64,000 nucleotides of DNA, from contig MU053493.1 in assembly GCA_013239625.1 (NCBI GenBank), positions 1,435,793 to 1,499,792 on the forward strand, given 5' to 3'. The translations under genes and the position numbers were made by a program. Shown here one piece after another: positions 49,232-63,180 of this stretch. Source of the DNA: Lama guanicoe (Eukaryota). Each line of letters opens with the position of its first letter. Position 1 is the stretch's first letter. The notes beneath the pieces were generated by a model, which was not told where the DNA came from, did not search any database, and was given only the letters and a program-made list of their open reading frames with translations.

Positions 49232-52200
49232 GACTTTGGCCCCGGAACTTTGGCAGCCCTCAAGTCTAGCCATTTCAGAATTGGATGGTTGGGTGGGGAA
49301 CTTCTGATCAAAACCTTCATCACAGCCACTGATGGCTTGACCTCCTAAGAGAACAAGGCATTCTCTGTTGTAGGATATGGTAGAGGGGTGGTTGAAGTGG
49401 GTAGAAGACTGTATTCATGTTCCGTCTCCCAGGAACACTGGAGTGCCAAAAAACTCATCAGATCTCAAACGATGAAAGCCAGCTTTGCATCTGGTACATG
49501 TTTACATGGGGGAAAGATTAAAACCAGAAAGGCTTCTGAGACCCAGTCCTCAAAAGACCGAAGAGATATTTACAGGGTCGGCAACAAATGTAGGAGGAAA
49601 GCACTTTAAAATGATGGATGGTTCCTTCCAAGCATGCTGGAGCAGATGGCTCCCACTTCTAGACACCACAACTGACCTGGGATCCCGCCCTCCTTCATGA
49701 TGATCTGGGAGGGTCTCCAGTCTCACCAGTAACTGTTCTTTGGTGCATCCCCTTTCCCAACTTTAAACCCTGGTTGTCTGCCATCGGTAACTTGTCACCC
49801 CCTGCCTGGTGGCTGCTCTGGGTCCAATGCTACATCTCACCCTTTCGAGTTGACTCTGAGATTCCTCCCCAGCACTGGTCAATGATAGTTTCAACCTCTG
49901 GGACCACTGCAGAGCTCCCCTGATACGTTGACACACATGGGAGATTCACCAAGGAAGGTGCCATTCCTTCCCACTCTACAGGTGAGAGAATCAAGCCCCC
50001 ATCAGGGCAAGAGACTTCCCCAAGGCCACACCTAGCAAGAGCCCGAGTCCTTTGGCCTCACAATGGTCCCCCATCCCCAGCCTTGGGGCAGCCAGCTAAT
50101 TAAGTGGGGATTTATCAGATCAATTAAACAAGAGCCAGTTTAGTCCATTCTGGGCTCTCCAGGGAATCCTGTCTAATGAGGATTCCCGTTAATGGGATTG
50201 GGCGGATTTGCTGTGAACAATGAAGGATAAAATTCTCTTTAATTCTTGGCTGTTTGCACGTAGGATTCCGTGAAGAATTGAAGGATGGACAGGATGCAGG
50301 GGAAGCACTCTTCTTTTTGGTTAGTGCTGAAGGGAGTGCCAGCCAGGATTACTTAGGTATCATAAGATCCCAGAAATTGGGTCTAGGTCAGGCCAGTCAC
50401 AGTCAGGTGAGTTCTCCAGTGTGGGCGCCCAAGGTCTGTTGTCACCTTCCAGATTCATCCATATATTCACTTGGTTTTCTGGGCTTTGAGCTTCCTATGT
50501 AGGGCAGTCCGTTGAGACAGTCAGTAGCTATTAGACCTGATTCTATAGTGAAACTAGTTGATTTACAATATTTTCCAAAGGTAGTAGGAGTTGGGTCTTT
50601 CTACTCTGAGGCTCTTTGAACTGGAACTTTCTGACCTAGGATTTGGGACTTGGTATGAAACTTCTCTCAGATGTAAAGCGGAGAACTGTACAACCAGGGC
50701 TATTGATATTCCGGGGGAGGGAGGATGTTTATGCCCAGGAAAAGGCCAGAAGTTGAAAATAATTTGTTTTAATCACACTCCAGCTAACCTGAGAGCCACC
50801 CGGAGGCTGTCATCCCCCATCAGAAGTCATTTCCCAAGAGCCCAGAAATATTTCTCACTGGAAATGGCTGACAAAGTCCCTTTGAGGGGTCTGTGTTGGA
50901 TCTGGCGGGTTGCTACGAGGCAGGCCCTCCAAAGGCTCCACTCCAAGGGGGCAAGGATGCCCCCTGGCTGTGGGCCAGCCCTGGGCTCAGTCACTGGAGT
51001 GTGCTCCAGTGCCTTGGGGTGAGCTGCCACTCAGGAAACAGGTCCTCAGTGGATGGGGACACATTCTATTGTGTCCCTGAAGTCTCCCCTTAAAGACCTT
51101 TCTCTCCCCACGTGTCGTGATGCAGCATTAACTCCTGGACTGAGAGGACCCAACTCAGAGACTGTGGTCCAGCCTCCTGGACTGGCTGCTAATGCTAAAG
51201 GAGCCAGGCTCATCTGAACCATCCAGGGATGCACACATTTCTACCTACAGCAGCTTCACTACGTGCCCGTGACACATGAAGAGGTCTAGGCAGTGCAGGG
51301 GCTGCTCAGGGAGGCCTGCAGTGCCATCTGGGAGGGATAGTGGGGTGGGGGTAGAGTCCCCCGAGCCTCAGCTCAGCTCAGGGCCAGCTCAGGGCACAGG
51401 CAGCCTGAAGGGGAGCCCACTCTCAAGGCAGAAATTGTTGCAATACCGCAAGGCAGTGTGAAATACTTTTGCAATATTGTTGCAGTTTTTTAAATGGCCG
51501 CAGAGGTTTTGACACCACTCCCTTGGACTCTGGGCAGCTCAAGACCGCTTCAAGCCACAGAGCAGAGTGGAAGGGGAGCTGTGTGACCTTCATCCTAAAA
51601 GGTGGCATCCCCCGGCTGTCCTGCAGTACACCTCTCCCCAGGGAAGAAGTCCATCTGCCCTGAGCTGGAAGCCAGCGTGGGAGTGAGGGAGGGTCTCGGC
51701 CTCAGGTCCTCAGGTCCTCCCACCTCTGGACCTCCCAGCGAAGGCCCAAATACCAGAGCAGCAGAAAAAAGCCATCCCTTCCGGGCCCCCGTCCATGTTC
51801 TTGACTTAACAGAGGCTATGGTTCTTACTCTAGGCTATCACATTCAGGGTTATTTGTTACGGAGGAATAGTAACTGAAATAAACATAGCTCCTGTAAACC
51901 AAAAACTGACTGACCTAGTGCTCGATCAAAGAAAAGGGGTCTCTTTCAAACCTGGGGAGGCAAAAACCAAGATGGTGGGATTTGATCTGAGGTCCAGTCG
52001 CCACACATGAGCTGAGGGTTTTAAGGGACTTGACCTATTCTGTGTTTGACTTATGGACGGACTTGAGACTCCCCTCACGGCTCAGGGAGAGACCCTCAGC
52101 AGCAAGCTCTCTCTCGATGGTGTTGTGACCTGGAAGGCCAGACTGCCCAGGACACTCTCCAACTCAGGACTGACAGTGGGGAGGGAGAAATACCATGAAC

Positions 52201-53010
52201 ACTCTTTACGCAGGTTTACCAATTGCTGAGTTTTTGCCATGTTTCATTTTCTTTCTCCCTCCGTGGATCTTTCTGTATCTCTTTTCCCCTGAATCCTCTG
52301 ACACCTCACTCCCTGATGTTTCCAGAGATGAGGACTTGCTCCTTGAGAAGCCACAGCACCATTATTGCACTTAAGAATATCACCATTTATTGATGACCAT
52401 CACAGAATATGCAAAAAAAAATTGAATATTTATTTATTTATTTATTTTACAATAGCTTTCAAACCCTTTTCTAGAAACCCCCCCCCAAAAAAAAAACCAA
52501 AAATACTCTTCTTTATCAACTAGACTGAGATGGCTGTCCCCAGAATGCCACAGGCCCACCCAAATGACCCGTAACTTCAATCTTTCTATAGAGCCTGCCC
52601 ACATTGGTGCAGAGACAGTGAGGGCATCAACAGGGACCAGGATGTCTCCTTGTCCCGCTGTCATCCTCATCTGGCCCTAAAGGGATGGACTTGAGCCCCA
52701 ACAAAGGTACTGTTTGTGTTCCTGCCTTTAAGCTGTTTGGCCTCAAGGCCATAACCCGGGACCTCACCCTCAGCTATCTCAACCCCGAGGGCTGCCCTCG
52801 GGTGCTCAGCCATCAGTAGTCTTGTCCCCACCTTGTCACCATCTCATCCCTTCTTATGAATGCAGAAAAGAACCCCTTCCTTCCCTTGAACTGCCCTCCA
52901 AGGTAAAGGGATTAGGTCTGGAGGAAATCAATGATCACTAGCCAACAGTCTACATTCCTCCACTCACAGTGGACACCAAGCATTCTTATCTGGTCCCTGC
53001 CACGGCCCCA

Positions 53011-53505
53011 TGGTTTGGACTGAATATTTGTGTCCCCTTCAAATCTCATGTTGGAGTTCTAGCCTCCAATGTGGTAGGAGATGGGAGGTAATCAGATTTA
53101 AATGAGGTTATGAGTGAGGCCCCTCACTATGGGATTAGTGCCCTTATAAGACAAGGAAGAGACACAGAGAGCTCTCTCTCGATTTATTTTTATTATTATT
53201 ATTTTTTAATGGAGGTACTGGGGATTGAACCCAGGACCTTGTGCAATCTAAGCACACCCTCTACCACTAAGCTATACCCTCCCTGCCAAGAGATCTCTCT
53301 CTCTCCCCCTCTCTCTCATCAGTGTATAAGGGCACAGCAAAAAGGAACTGTCTGCCAGCCAGGACGAGCATGCTCCCCAGATGTTGAATCTGTCAGCACC
53401 TTGATCTTGGACTCCCAACCTCTGGAACTTTGAGAGACGAATGTCTGTTGTCTGAGTCACCAGTCTGCAGTTATTTTGTGACAGAAGCTGGAGCTGACTG
53501 AGACA
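53011..53505 (+). mobile_element. MLT1A-like MaLR solo LTR (interrupted by a SINE)
   Basis: Begins TGGTTTGGACTGAATATTTGTGTCCCC, contains GGGATTAGTGCCCTTATAAGA and CACCTTGATCTTGGACT, and ends GACTGAGACA (TG...CA termini). Confidence 0.85.
53181..53284 (-). mobile_element. tRNA-Ala-derived SINE nested in an MLT1A-like LTR
   Basis: Reverse SINE head and tail. TSD GAGA(G/T)CTCTCTCTC at 53167-53180 and 53290-53303. Confidence 0.88.
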
Positions 53506-53629
53506 CCCTGTGATGCAGGAATCACTTTCCCATGGCACAGGGGGAAGCCAGCTCTGAGAGGCATACGAACTACACTAAGTTAAACCCAGGACCTAGGTTG
53601 GAGACCTGTTTGGAAATGCTTTGAGTTGA

Positions 53630-53900
53630 TCAGTTAGAAATGCTTGAGTTGCAAGTGACAGAACCCAGCCAACAGTCACTTCAGTGCATAGGGGTCTCTC
53701 TTGAAAAGATGACAGGAGGTCAGCCTTCCCAGGGCTGGAGGAGTGTCTTGGGGAGACCAAGGTGGGGCCCAGCACCTTCTCCCTGCGCCTTTGCCATCCT
53801 TACAGTTTTGCCATTCTGCTCCCGAGATGCTGGCCACAGCTCCAGGTCTACAGCTAGGGCTAGAAGCTGGGCAGTGGGAGCAATGGGAGAAAGTCGAAGC
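53630..53900 (-). mobile_element. Old MLT1 (J/K/L-like) fragment
   Basis: TCAGTTAGAAATGCTT..GTTGCAAGTGACAGAACCC resembles the reverse end of old MLT1 LTRs. Confidence 0.45.
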
Positions 53901-56900
53901 ACGTGGCCTATACCCTCGGTGAGAAGCCCGCCAGCCGCTGGCATACTGAGGAAGCAACCCTCTGGCTTCCCAGCCGTTATGGTGAGAGACAGCCCGGGAC
54001 AGGGGTTCCACACATCCCGTGTTGTTGGGTACCCCCAACACCTCTTACAGGCCCTCCTGTCTGATTCAGGGTGTTTGCCCACTTGGGTCAGTTGGGGAAT
54101 TCATTCAAATTCCCAGTGCCTCTGGAAGGTTTCATTGGATTCCTAGCCAATGCGCATGCTCTGGTGGGGGTTGTTTATTTTCCTTGTGGGGAGGGGCAGA
54201 GGATGGAGTGCTTCTAATTCCATGCCTCCAGCCTGCCTCTGAGATGTTCCAGGGTTTCCGTGGTGAGGGTTGCTGGCCTATTTGTTGGAAGGATTTTCAA
54301 GTTCATTGGGAGCTTGATCAAGGCGGCTGTTACCCCACAGAGCCTCTTGGAGGGTAGGACAGGGGTTCCCTAGAGCTCTAGAGAGCCTGCCCTCTGGTCC
54401 TTCTCCCTCCAGCTAGGCATCAAGGCTCCAGCTTGTCCTGCTGAGATAAATGGTGCTACCCAGGCTCACGCTAAACTTGGCAGCCCTAGCAAGGGCTCAG
54501 TTCCAGTGAACGGGCTTCCAAAAATACTGCCCTTGCGCTGTGACACTGAGGCTTGGGGTGAACAGGCCCCTCCCACTGCTCCCAGCCAGCCAGCCCTCTC
54601 CCCTGCAGGCCCAGCTGATCTGCAGCTTCTCCTGGAAGCTTACCCGCATACCCCCTTTCTTGCCTCTGCTCCTCTCTGGCCCCCATTCCTCCCCCTGAGG
54701 CCTGGACTCAGCCCTGACTTCCCTGGCTGATGGGCATCACCAGTCAGCTGTGCTGGCGTCAGGCTTTCACGGCAGGGTGCGGGGAGGAGGGGTGCTGGGG
54801 TGGGTGGGAAGGACTGGCCTTGCACCATGGGTTCCTCCAGCTGTCCCTTTCTTCTGAGCCACCGAGGATCACAGGCATCTTCGACTTTCCTTGGGCTTCT
54901 GGTCAGTTTTGGACTAGGGGGAGCCCCAGGTAGAAATCATGGCGGGGAGGGGGGCCTGGGGTCCCTGCAGACTGGCCACGTCCCTTAGGAGCAGGCCATG
55001 GCTTTTCGGGAACCCCTTTCCACTCAGCTGTTTCCTGGTTCCAGGCGCCTCTCACCTGCCCCATGAGGACCCTGGCGGTAGCAGACCCCTCACTTGGCTC
55101 TCACTACCCTGAAGGGATGCTCTGCCCCTGTGGTTTCCCTGCCCTTGCTCACAGCTTAGTCAAAGACACAAGCTTTCCCCTCTGGGCATGTGGGTGCGTT
55201 TGCGTCTGTGGCCAGCCCAACTCAGCCCAACTCTCCCCACTTCAGGTTAGCTGGAGACACAGAGTTAGACATTCTCCCAAAGGCCAGAGGAGCTGCAGTG
55301 TTCTTTGGAACACAGTTGTGAAGTGAGTCTAGTTCCACAAGTTTGGGCTGATTGCAGGCACTAAGGTGTGACTTCTGGGCTAAGTACTGAAGGTCCCAAA
55401 ACTCAGAAGCTCAGAGCCAGGACAGGAGACCCTGAGCAGAGAGAAGGCAGCCAGCCTCTGGGGAGCTGGGAGAAGCTTCTGGGGAAGGCGAGATGCGTGC
55501 AGGGACTGGGTGGGTTGCCAGGTTTGAGGGTCCACCAAGGACAGAAGGGTATTCGGGTACAATGGCAAGGCAGCCCCTGCCCAGCAAGGTGTGCTCAGGG
55601 CTGGGAAGTTCCGCCCAGCCAGAGAACGGTGCTCTGGGAGGCAGATGACACCTGCTGATGGCAGGGCCCCAGGGATCTTGGCAAGGGCAGAGGGTCATGT
55701 GCTGGGGGTGTCCCTGATGTGGGCAGGCTCCCAGGGGCCCCCGGGGCTCCCATGAGGGGAGTTCACATGCTAGCCCAGGCTGCTGGATGCCCTGGGGTGG
55801 GGGAGTTGGGGAGAGCAGGAGATGTTCAGAAAGGAAAGGGTGGAGGCTCATGGGCAGCTGAGAGGAGCACAGCTGAAGAGCTGCTGTATGACACTGGGCT
55901 GGCTGGTGAACCTCTCTGAGCCTGCTACCACCGCTAAAAGACTGTTTTGAGTAGAGCATCAAAAACTGCGATGCTCCAGCCTGAGTAGGACGCCCACCAT
56001 GTAGCAGATGTGCGTCCCCGGGCAGTTTTCTCTCCTCCTTCAAATCCAGGGTCACCGTTGATCACCAGGTGACTTGGAGACCTCATTTCATAGGGCAATG
56101 TCAGGCCCCTCTTCCGGCCCTGCTCCAGGTGAGACCCTGGGCCTCCAGATCTGACTGTGGCCATGGCCCTAGCAAGGCTGGTGTTTGCACTATGGAGCCT
56201 GAAGGCCCCTGGGTGGCGGCACGGAGAGCAGAGGCTGGCAGCTGCCGCCAGCCCCACAATGTGGCTTTTGTCAGCCAGAGTGGCGGTGGCACGCAGGACG
56301 ACCTGTGCGAGGGGGGACAGGCCTCCAGGCTGGCCAGAGAGTTGCCTCCAGCTCTCAACAAAGCTGCCTGGTGGCTGTGAGGCTTGGAGCCCCACTTTTG
56401 TGATGCAAATCCAGCAGGGGTTCCCTGCACGCTCTCCTCTGCTGCCCAAAAGCACTTTGTGATGCAGATGAAACGAGGCCTTTTGCATCCGCCCTGCGTT
56501 CTCCATCCCACGCTGACTCCACCTGTCGCCACCATCCTCCCCAGCCAGGCTTAAGACGACAGCCCCGCATCAGGCCGGCCTGGGACCTGGCTCTTAGGGA
56601 AATCTTAGTTCAGCCTGGAGGTGGCAGAACCAGAGAAAAGAAGTGGACGCAGGAGGGAAATCACACCTCAGTGCCTGCAATCAGCCCAAACTCGTGAAAC
56701 TAGACTCACTTCACAACTGTATTCCAAAGGAGAACACTGCAGCTCCTCTGGCCTTTGGGAGAACGTCTAACTCTGTGTCTCCAACTAACCAGCTGGGAAG
56801 AATGAGGCTCCTAGGAGCAGGCGGTGCTCCGGCTAAGCAGGCCAGGCGGGGGACAGTGTCTGAGGTGAACGGCCTCGTAGGCAGAGGTCCTGCAAGCGCC

Positions 56901-57039
56901 AAGGCCCCGATGTGGCCTGGCCAGTTCCAGGAAGAGACTGGCTTGTGGGAGAAGGGCCCATTCCTGGACTCCTGGGCTTGCACACCCAAAGAGAAGGCCT
57001 GAACCCCAGACCAACACAATCAGGTGCCCGTCCGACCCC

Positions 57040-57195
57040 TCCGCACACTTGGCAAATTTCAGTTTCTCCGAGCCTCTGTTTCCTTGTCTATAAAATAAGG
57101 ATAGGAATAGCCTCTATCCGAGGGTTGTGGCGAAATGAAATTAGAGAATCCAAACAAAATACTGAGTTCAGTGCCCAGCCACTGCATGCCTGATA
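57040..57195 (+). mobile_element. MIR
   Basis: TTGGCAAA...GAGCCTCTGTTTCCTTGTCTATAAAATAAGGATAG...GGGTTGTG...ATGAAATTAGAGAAT. Confidence 0.7.
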
Positions 57196-57199
57196 ACGT

Positions 57200-57400
57200 G
57201 GACAGAAATTTGACGGTACTTACCAAACTTAGAAATGCGTGGGCTCATTTCCCTATAATGCCACTTCTAAGAGTTTATCCTACAAATGCCCTCACATGTA
57301 CAAAGTGACACACGTTCAAGGTTATTCTTCGCAGATTTGTTTGTAGCAGACAGAGATTGGAAGCAACCCAGCTGTCCATCTACAGGGGTTGGTTTCGTGG
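57200..57400 (+). mobile_element. L1ME fragment
   Basis: CCACTTCTAAGAGTTTATCCTACA...TTGTTTGTAGCAG...TTGGAAGCAACCCAGCTGTCCATC. Confidence 0.6.
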
Positions 57401-60400
57401 ATTCAGGTCTGTCCTTTTGAGCTAAAACAAGAATGAGGTTGTGTGTGTGTCCTGGTACAGGGGACCTGGCTGCACCCTGCAAGCAGTCAGTGCCCCATGA
57501 GAAGAATGGAGCCCAGCATCACAGGGGCCTGGGGGCCACTGGCCCAGAGACGGGGGAGGGGGATGCCAGGAAGGGTGACATGCGGGACCAGGGTAGTGGA
57601 CACACACACCTGAAGGAAAAGTGTCTCTCTTGCAGAAACTGTCTTGGGGCAAAGTGGTGCACGCAGCCCCGCAGTGATGGAATAACACCACTGGTCACCA
57701 TGACAACAACGGAAGGTAGGCGGTGCCCAGAGCACAGGAAGAGACTTCTGGGCCCCCAGCAGGGCTGCCTCTGGGTGGCATCTCAGTCACCCTGGGTTTG
57801 CACGTGGCCACAGCTGTGTGGATTCCCGGCCTCGCTCTCCCCGTCTATAGAACAAGGATCTGACCCATGACACCTCTGCACCTCGGTGCCTGGGAGGAAA
57901 GATTGAGAGAAAGGCTGGGAGCACATTTTTGAGCAGGCACAGGGCTCTAGGGACAGACACAAAGGCTGTTGGCCTTCCCCCGCAGGCCCGGAGGGACAAA
58001 CTCATCCCTTTTCTGTTCCCTCTCACCCTCATTAGAGAGGGCTATGTGCAGCCCTGGATTTCTGTCAAAGCAGCTTCCAGGTAAATAAATACAAACTAGA
58101 GAAGTGAATGAAGGCAGACTGCATTTCCTCTGGGCAAGAGGCTTCCCAGCCGTGCTGTCCACAGGGGCTGTTGCAGGAACCCAGGTGTGAGTCCCTGTCA
58201 GTGCTGTCCACCTGCTCTCCAGCCCATAACCCCATAACCCTTCCAGCTTTGAAAGTGTTTGCAGAGTCATTCTACCACCCCTGCCTCCCCAGGAAGGCAC
58301 CATCCCACCCACCACTGGCCTGAAGCCAACCTCCTGTGGGACATCGCTCGCTGTGCGGGATCAGGGTGTGGGACAGGGTATGATCGCGGAACTCAGCATC
58401 CCCCAGGCCTGACCTCTGATCTCTGGTCATGGCATCCCCTTCTCTGTCCACAAGGGCCCAGGATGCACAATGCTCCTTACCCCTGTAGATCAATACAGGC
58501 AAGGCTATTGGGAGCGTCCTGGAGGGGAGGAGCACAGAAGGGCCGTCACCCACTTCACCGCTGCTCCTGCAGGTCTCCAGAGATGCCCTGTCCCCTCCGC
58601 CCCCACCTGGTTGGACCAGGCTGGCTCCAGGCTTCAGCCTCCCTGTCCCCTCTTGTCCACCGCTGTCTCATTGACACCCTACAACCTGCCCAGCAGCCTT
58701 GGTTGTCCCCACCTCTACCAGCAGCCACCCTCTCCACCAGGCTGCATTGGCACCTGTGCCAGGGGCTGGAATGAGGAGGGGCTTAGATCCTTAGATCCCC
58801 ACTCTGTTCTGGGCCAGCAGGGAGGGTGAGCCAAGCCCAAGAGGCAATGGTTACTACCCTTCTTATGAATAATGGAACATCCACGTGGTCAAACCGCATC
58901 TTGTGCGTGTGGCTTCACAGGAGGCCCTCTTGGGTCTCACTCTCAGTCACTGATAGGAGGATAGGTTAGGAGAAAAGTCTGGGACCCGCCCCCGGGTGTG
59001 AACTGGTGTTCCTCTGTCTTCCACAGACCCCTGTGTTCCTGTGTGGTCGCCAATCCCTACAGGAATAGTTTTATCTTCTGCTGAGGATTTTTGGGGAAGA
59101 GAGTGGTTTGAGTGGCAAAGTTTTGGGGGAGCCTGAGGTCACCTGCCCCCTCCACGCCCCCCAGGTGAAGTCACACCCTGACTCTCCCAGCCAGGTGGGC
59201 CCTGGGGCTCCAGGCTGTTGGCATAACCGCACTTCCGGGCAGGGTGACTCCTGCGGGCTTGGCTTAGGAGTGCCGGCTGCCCGCAGTCGTATCTGGGGTG
59301 TGGTCTCTTTATGCACAACATCTCCAAAAACATCCCCCACCGTCTTGAACAAACCAAGACTATCTGCCCCAGCCAAACGGCAGAAATATTGTGAGAAATT
59401 AAGCATGTGTCCTTTAGATAAAAGACTCTATTTTAGGTTGAACCTGTTTAAAGATTATGTTTCGGTCTAAATGCCACCTGATAGTGTGATCCTGCAAACA
59501 CTTCGGTGGCTTTGGGGACAGTGTTCCGTCTCTCCAGGCTTCAGTGGTCCTGTCAGAGATTCCAGGGGGTGAGGCTCAGACCCCAGTACAGCCGTCCACC
59601 CAATAGGAGAATTCCCTTTATTTCCCCAGGGTTTCTCCTCCCCTACCCTCATCTCCCTCCCAGGACCTGAGGGCAAGAGAAACCCCGCATCTCCCACCCA
59701 GGTCATAAGAGCAAGAGACGGCCCCCGCCCGGGCCCGTGGGCATTCTGACTTTGCCTTGACAGGGGATGTGCAGAGGGAGCAGGGGCGGGTGCCAGAGGC
59801 TCCCCCGCTGGGTCTGACAGACAGTGAAAGCCCTGGGACCCCACAGCCACAAGTCCCAGAAACCAGCGTGCTCACCTCCCTCTGGGCCAGGGACCAAGCA
59901 GGGATGTCCCGAGACTAGTCCAGAGCCGGTCCTGCCACAGCCTCCTGCCACTCAGGGCCACCCCCGCACTCCCAGCGTCACCCCCAGTGACTGCTTCCGG
60001 GGACCCCTTGCCTCAGTGCTCTGCTAGTGACTTTGTTTTTTGCCCCCGTGGTCCCCACAGCACAGATGAGAACACTGGCTCTGAGACGTGGCCCCTTCTG
60101 CCCTGCTGGCTTCACCCCCGTCCCCCGGCCCCCAGGTACTCCGTAGCCACACAGGGGCCATGACTCTCATCTCTGGGGAGGAGCAAGGAATCTCGCCGTG
60201 CAGAAACTCCTCTCTGGAGGTTGGACCCCTTCTGGGTCGGGGAGAGATGAGAGACCCTCCAGCCTGGCCTGGGCAGACGGCACACGCTCAGCATATTTTT
60301 CTGCTCCGGGACTTTTCCTGCTCTAGGGCTTTCTCTGCCCACCCTCTCTCCCAGCACCCTGCACGCTGGGGCTGCTGCTGCTTATCTGCCCACCGAGCCT

Positions 60401-60801
60401 CCTCCCGGGCTGCGACTTCTTGGGGGCTGAGATGGGCCTTATAGCTCCCAGTGAGGGCGTGCCAACCCTCTGGGTCCCCCAGTGCCCCTGTCCCCTCCCC
60501 AGGACACACAGAAAGGCCCTGCCCGAGCAGGGGTGGATTTCTCAAGCCCAGACGCATCTCTTCACTTATCTCTCCCTGTTTGGGGGGGGGGGCTACGATG
60601 ATTTCCTATGAGGCTTCGAAGGGCTGAGTGTTGGGGCCCCTCAGGGCTGGGGACCTTTCTCCACTGACCCCAGAAAAGTCCATCTCGGCAACCAATCCCA
60701 CCTCATCATCCCCAGAACTGAAATGACTTAAAATCATTGAGAGAATCAGGTCAGGCCCAGGGAGCAAGGCTTTTTTACATTTTTTTTAAAATGCCAATCC
60801 A

Positions 60802-60921
60802 GGGGGTGGGGGTATAGCTCAGGGGGCACGACGTCCTGGGTTCAATCCCTAGTACTTCCATTAAAAGTAAATAAATGAATAAATAAGTAAATAAATAAAC
60901 CTAATCACTTCCAGCCCCTAC

Positions 60922-60952
<31 letters not shown>

Positions 60953-60970
60953 CCCCAACAAAACAAACAA
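60802..60970 (+). mobile_element. tRNA-Ala-derived SINE, internally deleted, long tail containing (CA)n
   Basis: GGGGGTATAGCTCAG...CCTGGGTTCAATCCCTAGTACTTCCA, then (TAAA)n and AAACCTAATCAC. Degenerate TSD AAAATGCCAATCCAG / AAAACGCCATCTAG. Confidence 0.8.
60922..60948. repeat. (CA)n microsatellite in SINE tail
   Basis: Read directly. Confidence 0.9.
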
Positions 60971-61751
60971 AAAACGCCATCTAGTCCAATAAACTTCTGA
61001 GGGTGTTGCTTCTTCAATGAAGTTTGACATACTTACTGTGTCATTGGAAAAGTGGAACCAAAACATATGTCCCTCTGTGTTTCCATCTGAAATATTTCTG
61101 TGAATGAAACACAATTTCCTGCTAGGCTTTTGACAGAGAACCCTGTGCTCTGGACTCCCCCTCCAGATGGCCTAATCCTCAGGGGACCCGCTTCAAGCCC
61201 ATTAAGATCTTGGGTGGTGGGTCTGGTCGTATGAAGGCCCCGTGGACTCATCCCCAGCAGGCCGGGGACAGTCGGTGTCTGCCGGGTGGGGGACAGATCC
61301 AGGCCGAGCTACTCAGGTGAAAAGCGTCTATCCTCCCCTGGATGCTCTACTTAAAAAGGACAGCCAGGCGCCTGGGGAGAGGACACCCTGGGGAACCCAC
61401 CAGCACCACCCTCGACCTCGAAGGGAAGAACTGAGGGGTGTTCCTGAGAGCCAGGCTGGACGCCCGGGTCCCAGCTCTGGCCCGGCTCCCAGACGTGCCC
61501 CACCCAGGCTGCAGGCTGGCCAGGGGCAGCGGGGCACTGTCTCCACTGGGCACACACTACATCCACACTCAGCCTTGCTCAGCCATTCAGTCATCAGGGA
61601 GGAACCCCAACATTCAACACTCTCCCTGCTCCAGAGGGGTGGGGCCCAGGGGCCTGAGGACACCCTCCACTCCTGCCCCAGTGCCAGCTCTGGGGCCCTC
61701 CGGCAGGCCTCAGGGTCGGTGTTTGGGGCCTCCCTGAGTCAATTTTTTTAA

Positions 61752-61914
61752 CTTCTACTTATTTTATTTTATTTTTAATTTTTTGGGGGGAGGAGGAGGT
61801 AATTAGATATTTATTTGTTTGTTTGTTTGTTTATTTTAATGAAGGTACTGGAGATAGAACCCAGGACCTCGTGCATGTCAGGCATGCGCTCTACCACTGA
61901 ACTCTACCCTCCCC
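61752..61914 (-). mobile_element. tRNA-Ala-derived SINE, long-tail form
   Basis: Reverse head GAACCCAGGACCTCGTGCATG...CTACCACTGAACTCTACCCTCCCC and tail GGAGGTAATTAG. Both flanks read CAATTTTTTT. Confidence 0.85.
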
Positions 61915-63180
61915 TCTCCCAATTTTTTTTAAAAGAGGCGAAAATGGAGTTGCCAATATTTTATTTTGTCCATTAAAGTCATCGTGACAAAAACAACCTC
62001 TACCTACCATAATGATTTCACTTAAAAAAGAATGTTTTTAATCGGAAAAAAACATTTTTCAAATATTCTAAAAAATATTCTAAAGCCTTCAGCTTTATAA
62101 AACTGACCACTCTGCCCTCTTTGTCTCATCTTACCTGAGACCACAGGCCCCGTCCGGAGCCCCTGGGGCAGACTGCGTTGGCCTGGCTGGGTGGCCTGGC
62201 GCCACCCAGGGAACCTGAAGGCCCTGCTAGTGGGGGGACTGCTGGCCAGGCCTCTGCTGAGGTTGTGTGCCCCCTCAGATGCAGTCCCCCCGGGGTACCA
62301 GGGGGCCTCAGAAGCAGCTGGGCCTGTCTAGGTGATCTGTGGACAGCACCTGGCCTGGGGCCCTGGAGGGCTGGGCTGGGCGCATCCACCCTAACCAGCC
62401 TGGCATCTCTAGCCCCACAGGGCTGGCACCGCTGGCAGGCCAGGGCTGCCCCAGCCACGCGGCCCGATCTCTGAGCCAGCTGCCACACAAAGCCGCATTG
62501 TGGGCCTCCGCCTGGCAGGCAAGCACGTGATGGCAGAGGGAGGGTGGTGGGCCGGACGGGTGTGCCCCGCCGCCTTCCTCTTGGTCAGGATTCAGCGTCC
62601 TTACATCCGACCCCACAAAGCAGTAGCGCAGCAAGGCAGGGAGTTGGGGGCTGCGGAGATAGCAGAAAACACAGAGTTGTCATGCCCTGGGGGAGGCCCT
62701 TGTGCAGGATCTTTAAACTGGGCTCCCCCTGGAGTCTGCCCAGCACCGAGGCCTGGACTTCAACTTTGCCACACTTATCTCCCTTTGCAGTGAGGGTTGC
62801 GGGGGATTGCTGATGTGGGGCCTCCAGCCTTGCCACTTCGCTGTCAGGGTGAAGTGGAGCCCCCAAACTCCAGGCTCCTGCCACCCAGAGGTGACCCCCA
62901 GGAGCGTGTCTGGAAGTCCCATACACTCTGCTCTGCCCACACTTTGCCCGTGTCCACGGACTCCTGCAGTGAACCCACACATCTGCTCGGGGTTCCCCCA
63001 ATCTGAAAACCAAAGCAACCCGAAATACCCCAACCAAAAAGCCGAGGGTCTTCCCTAGAGCTAGTGTGTGCACGCCCACCCGGAATCCCTCCCCTTCTCA
63101 AATCCTGGATTGATGAGAGGATGCTGGTGTATTGCAACATCTACACAATGGAATAGTACGTCGTTTTAAAATCGCTTATG

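Noticed and set aside
44590..52200. Possible additional LTR fragments near 44.6-44.9, 49.4-49.6, 50.4-50.8 and 51.8-52.2 kb
   Set aside because: LTR-like by appearance, but I cannot assign family or boundaries without RepeatMasker.
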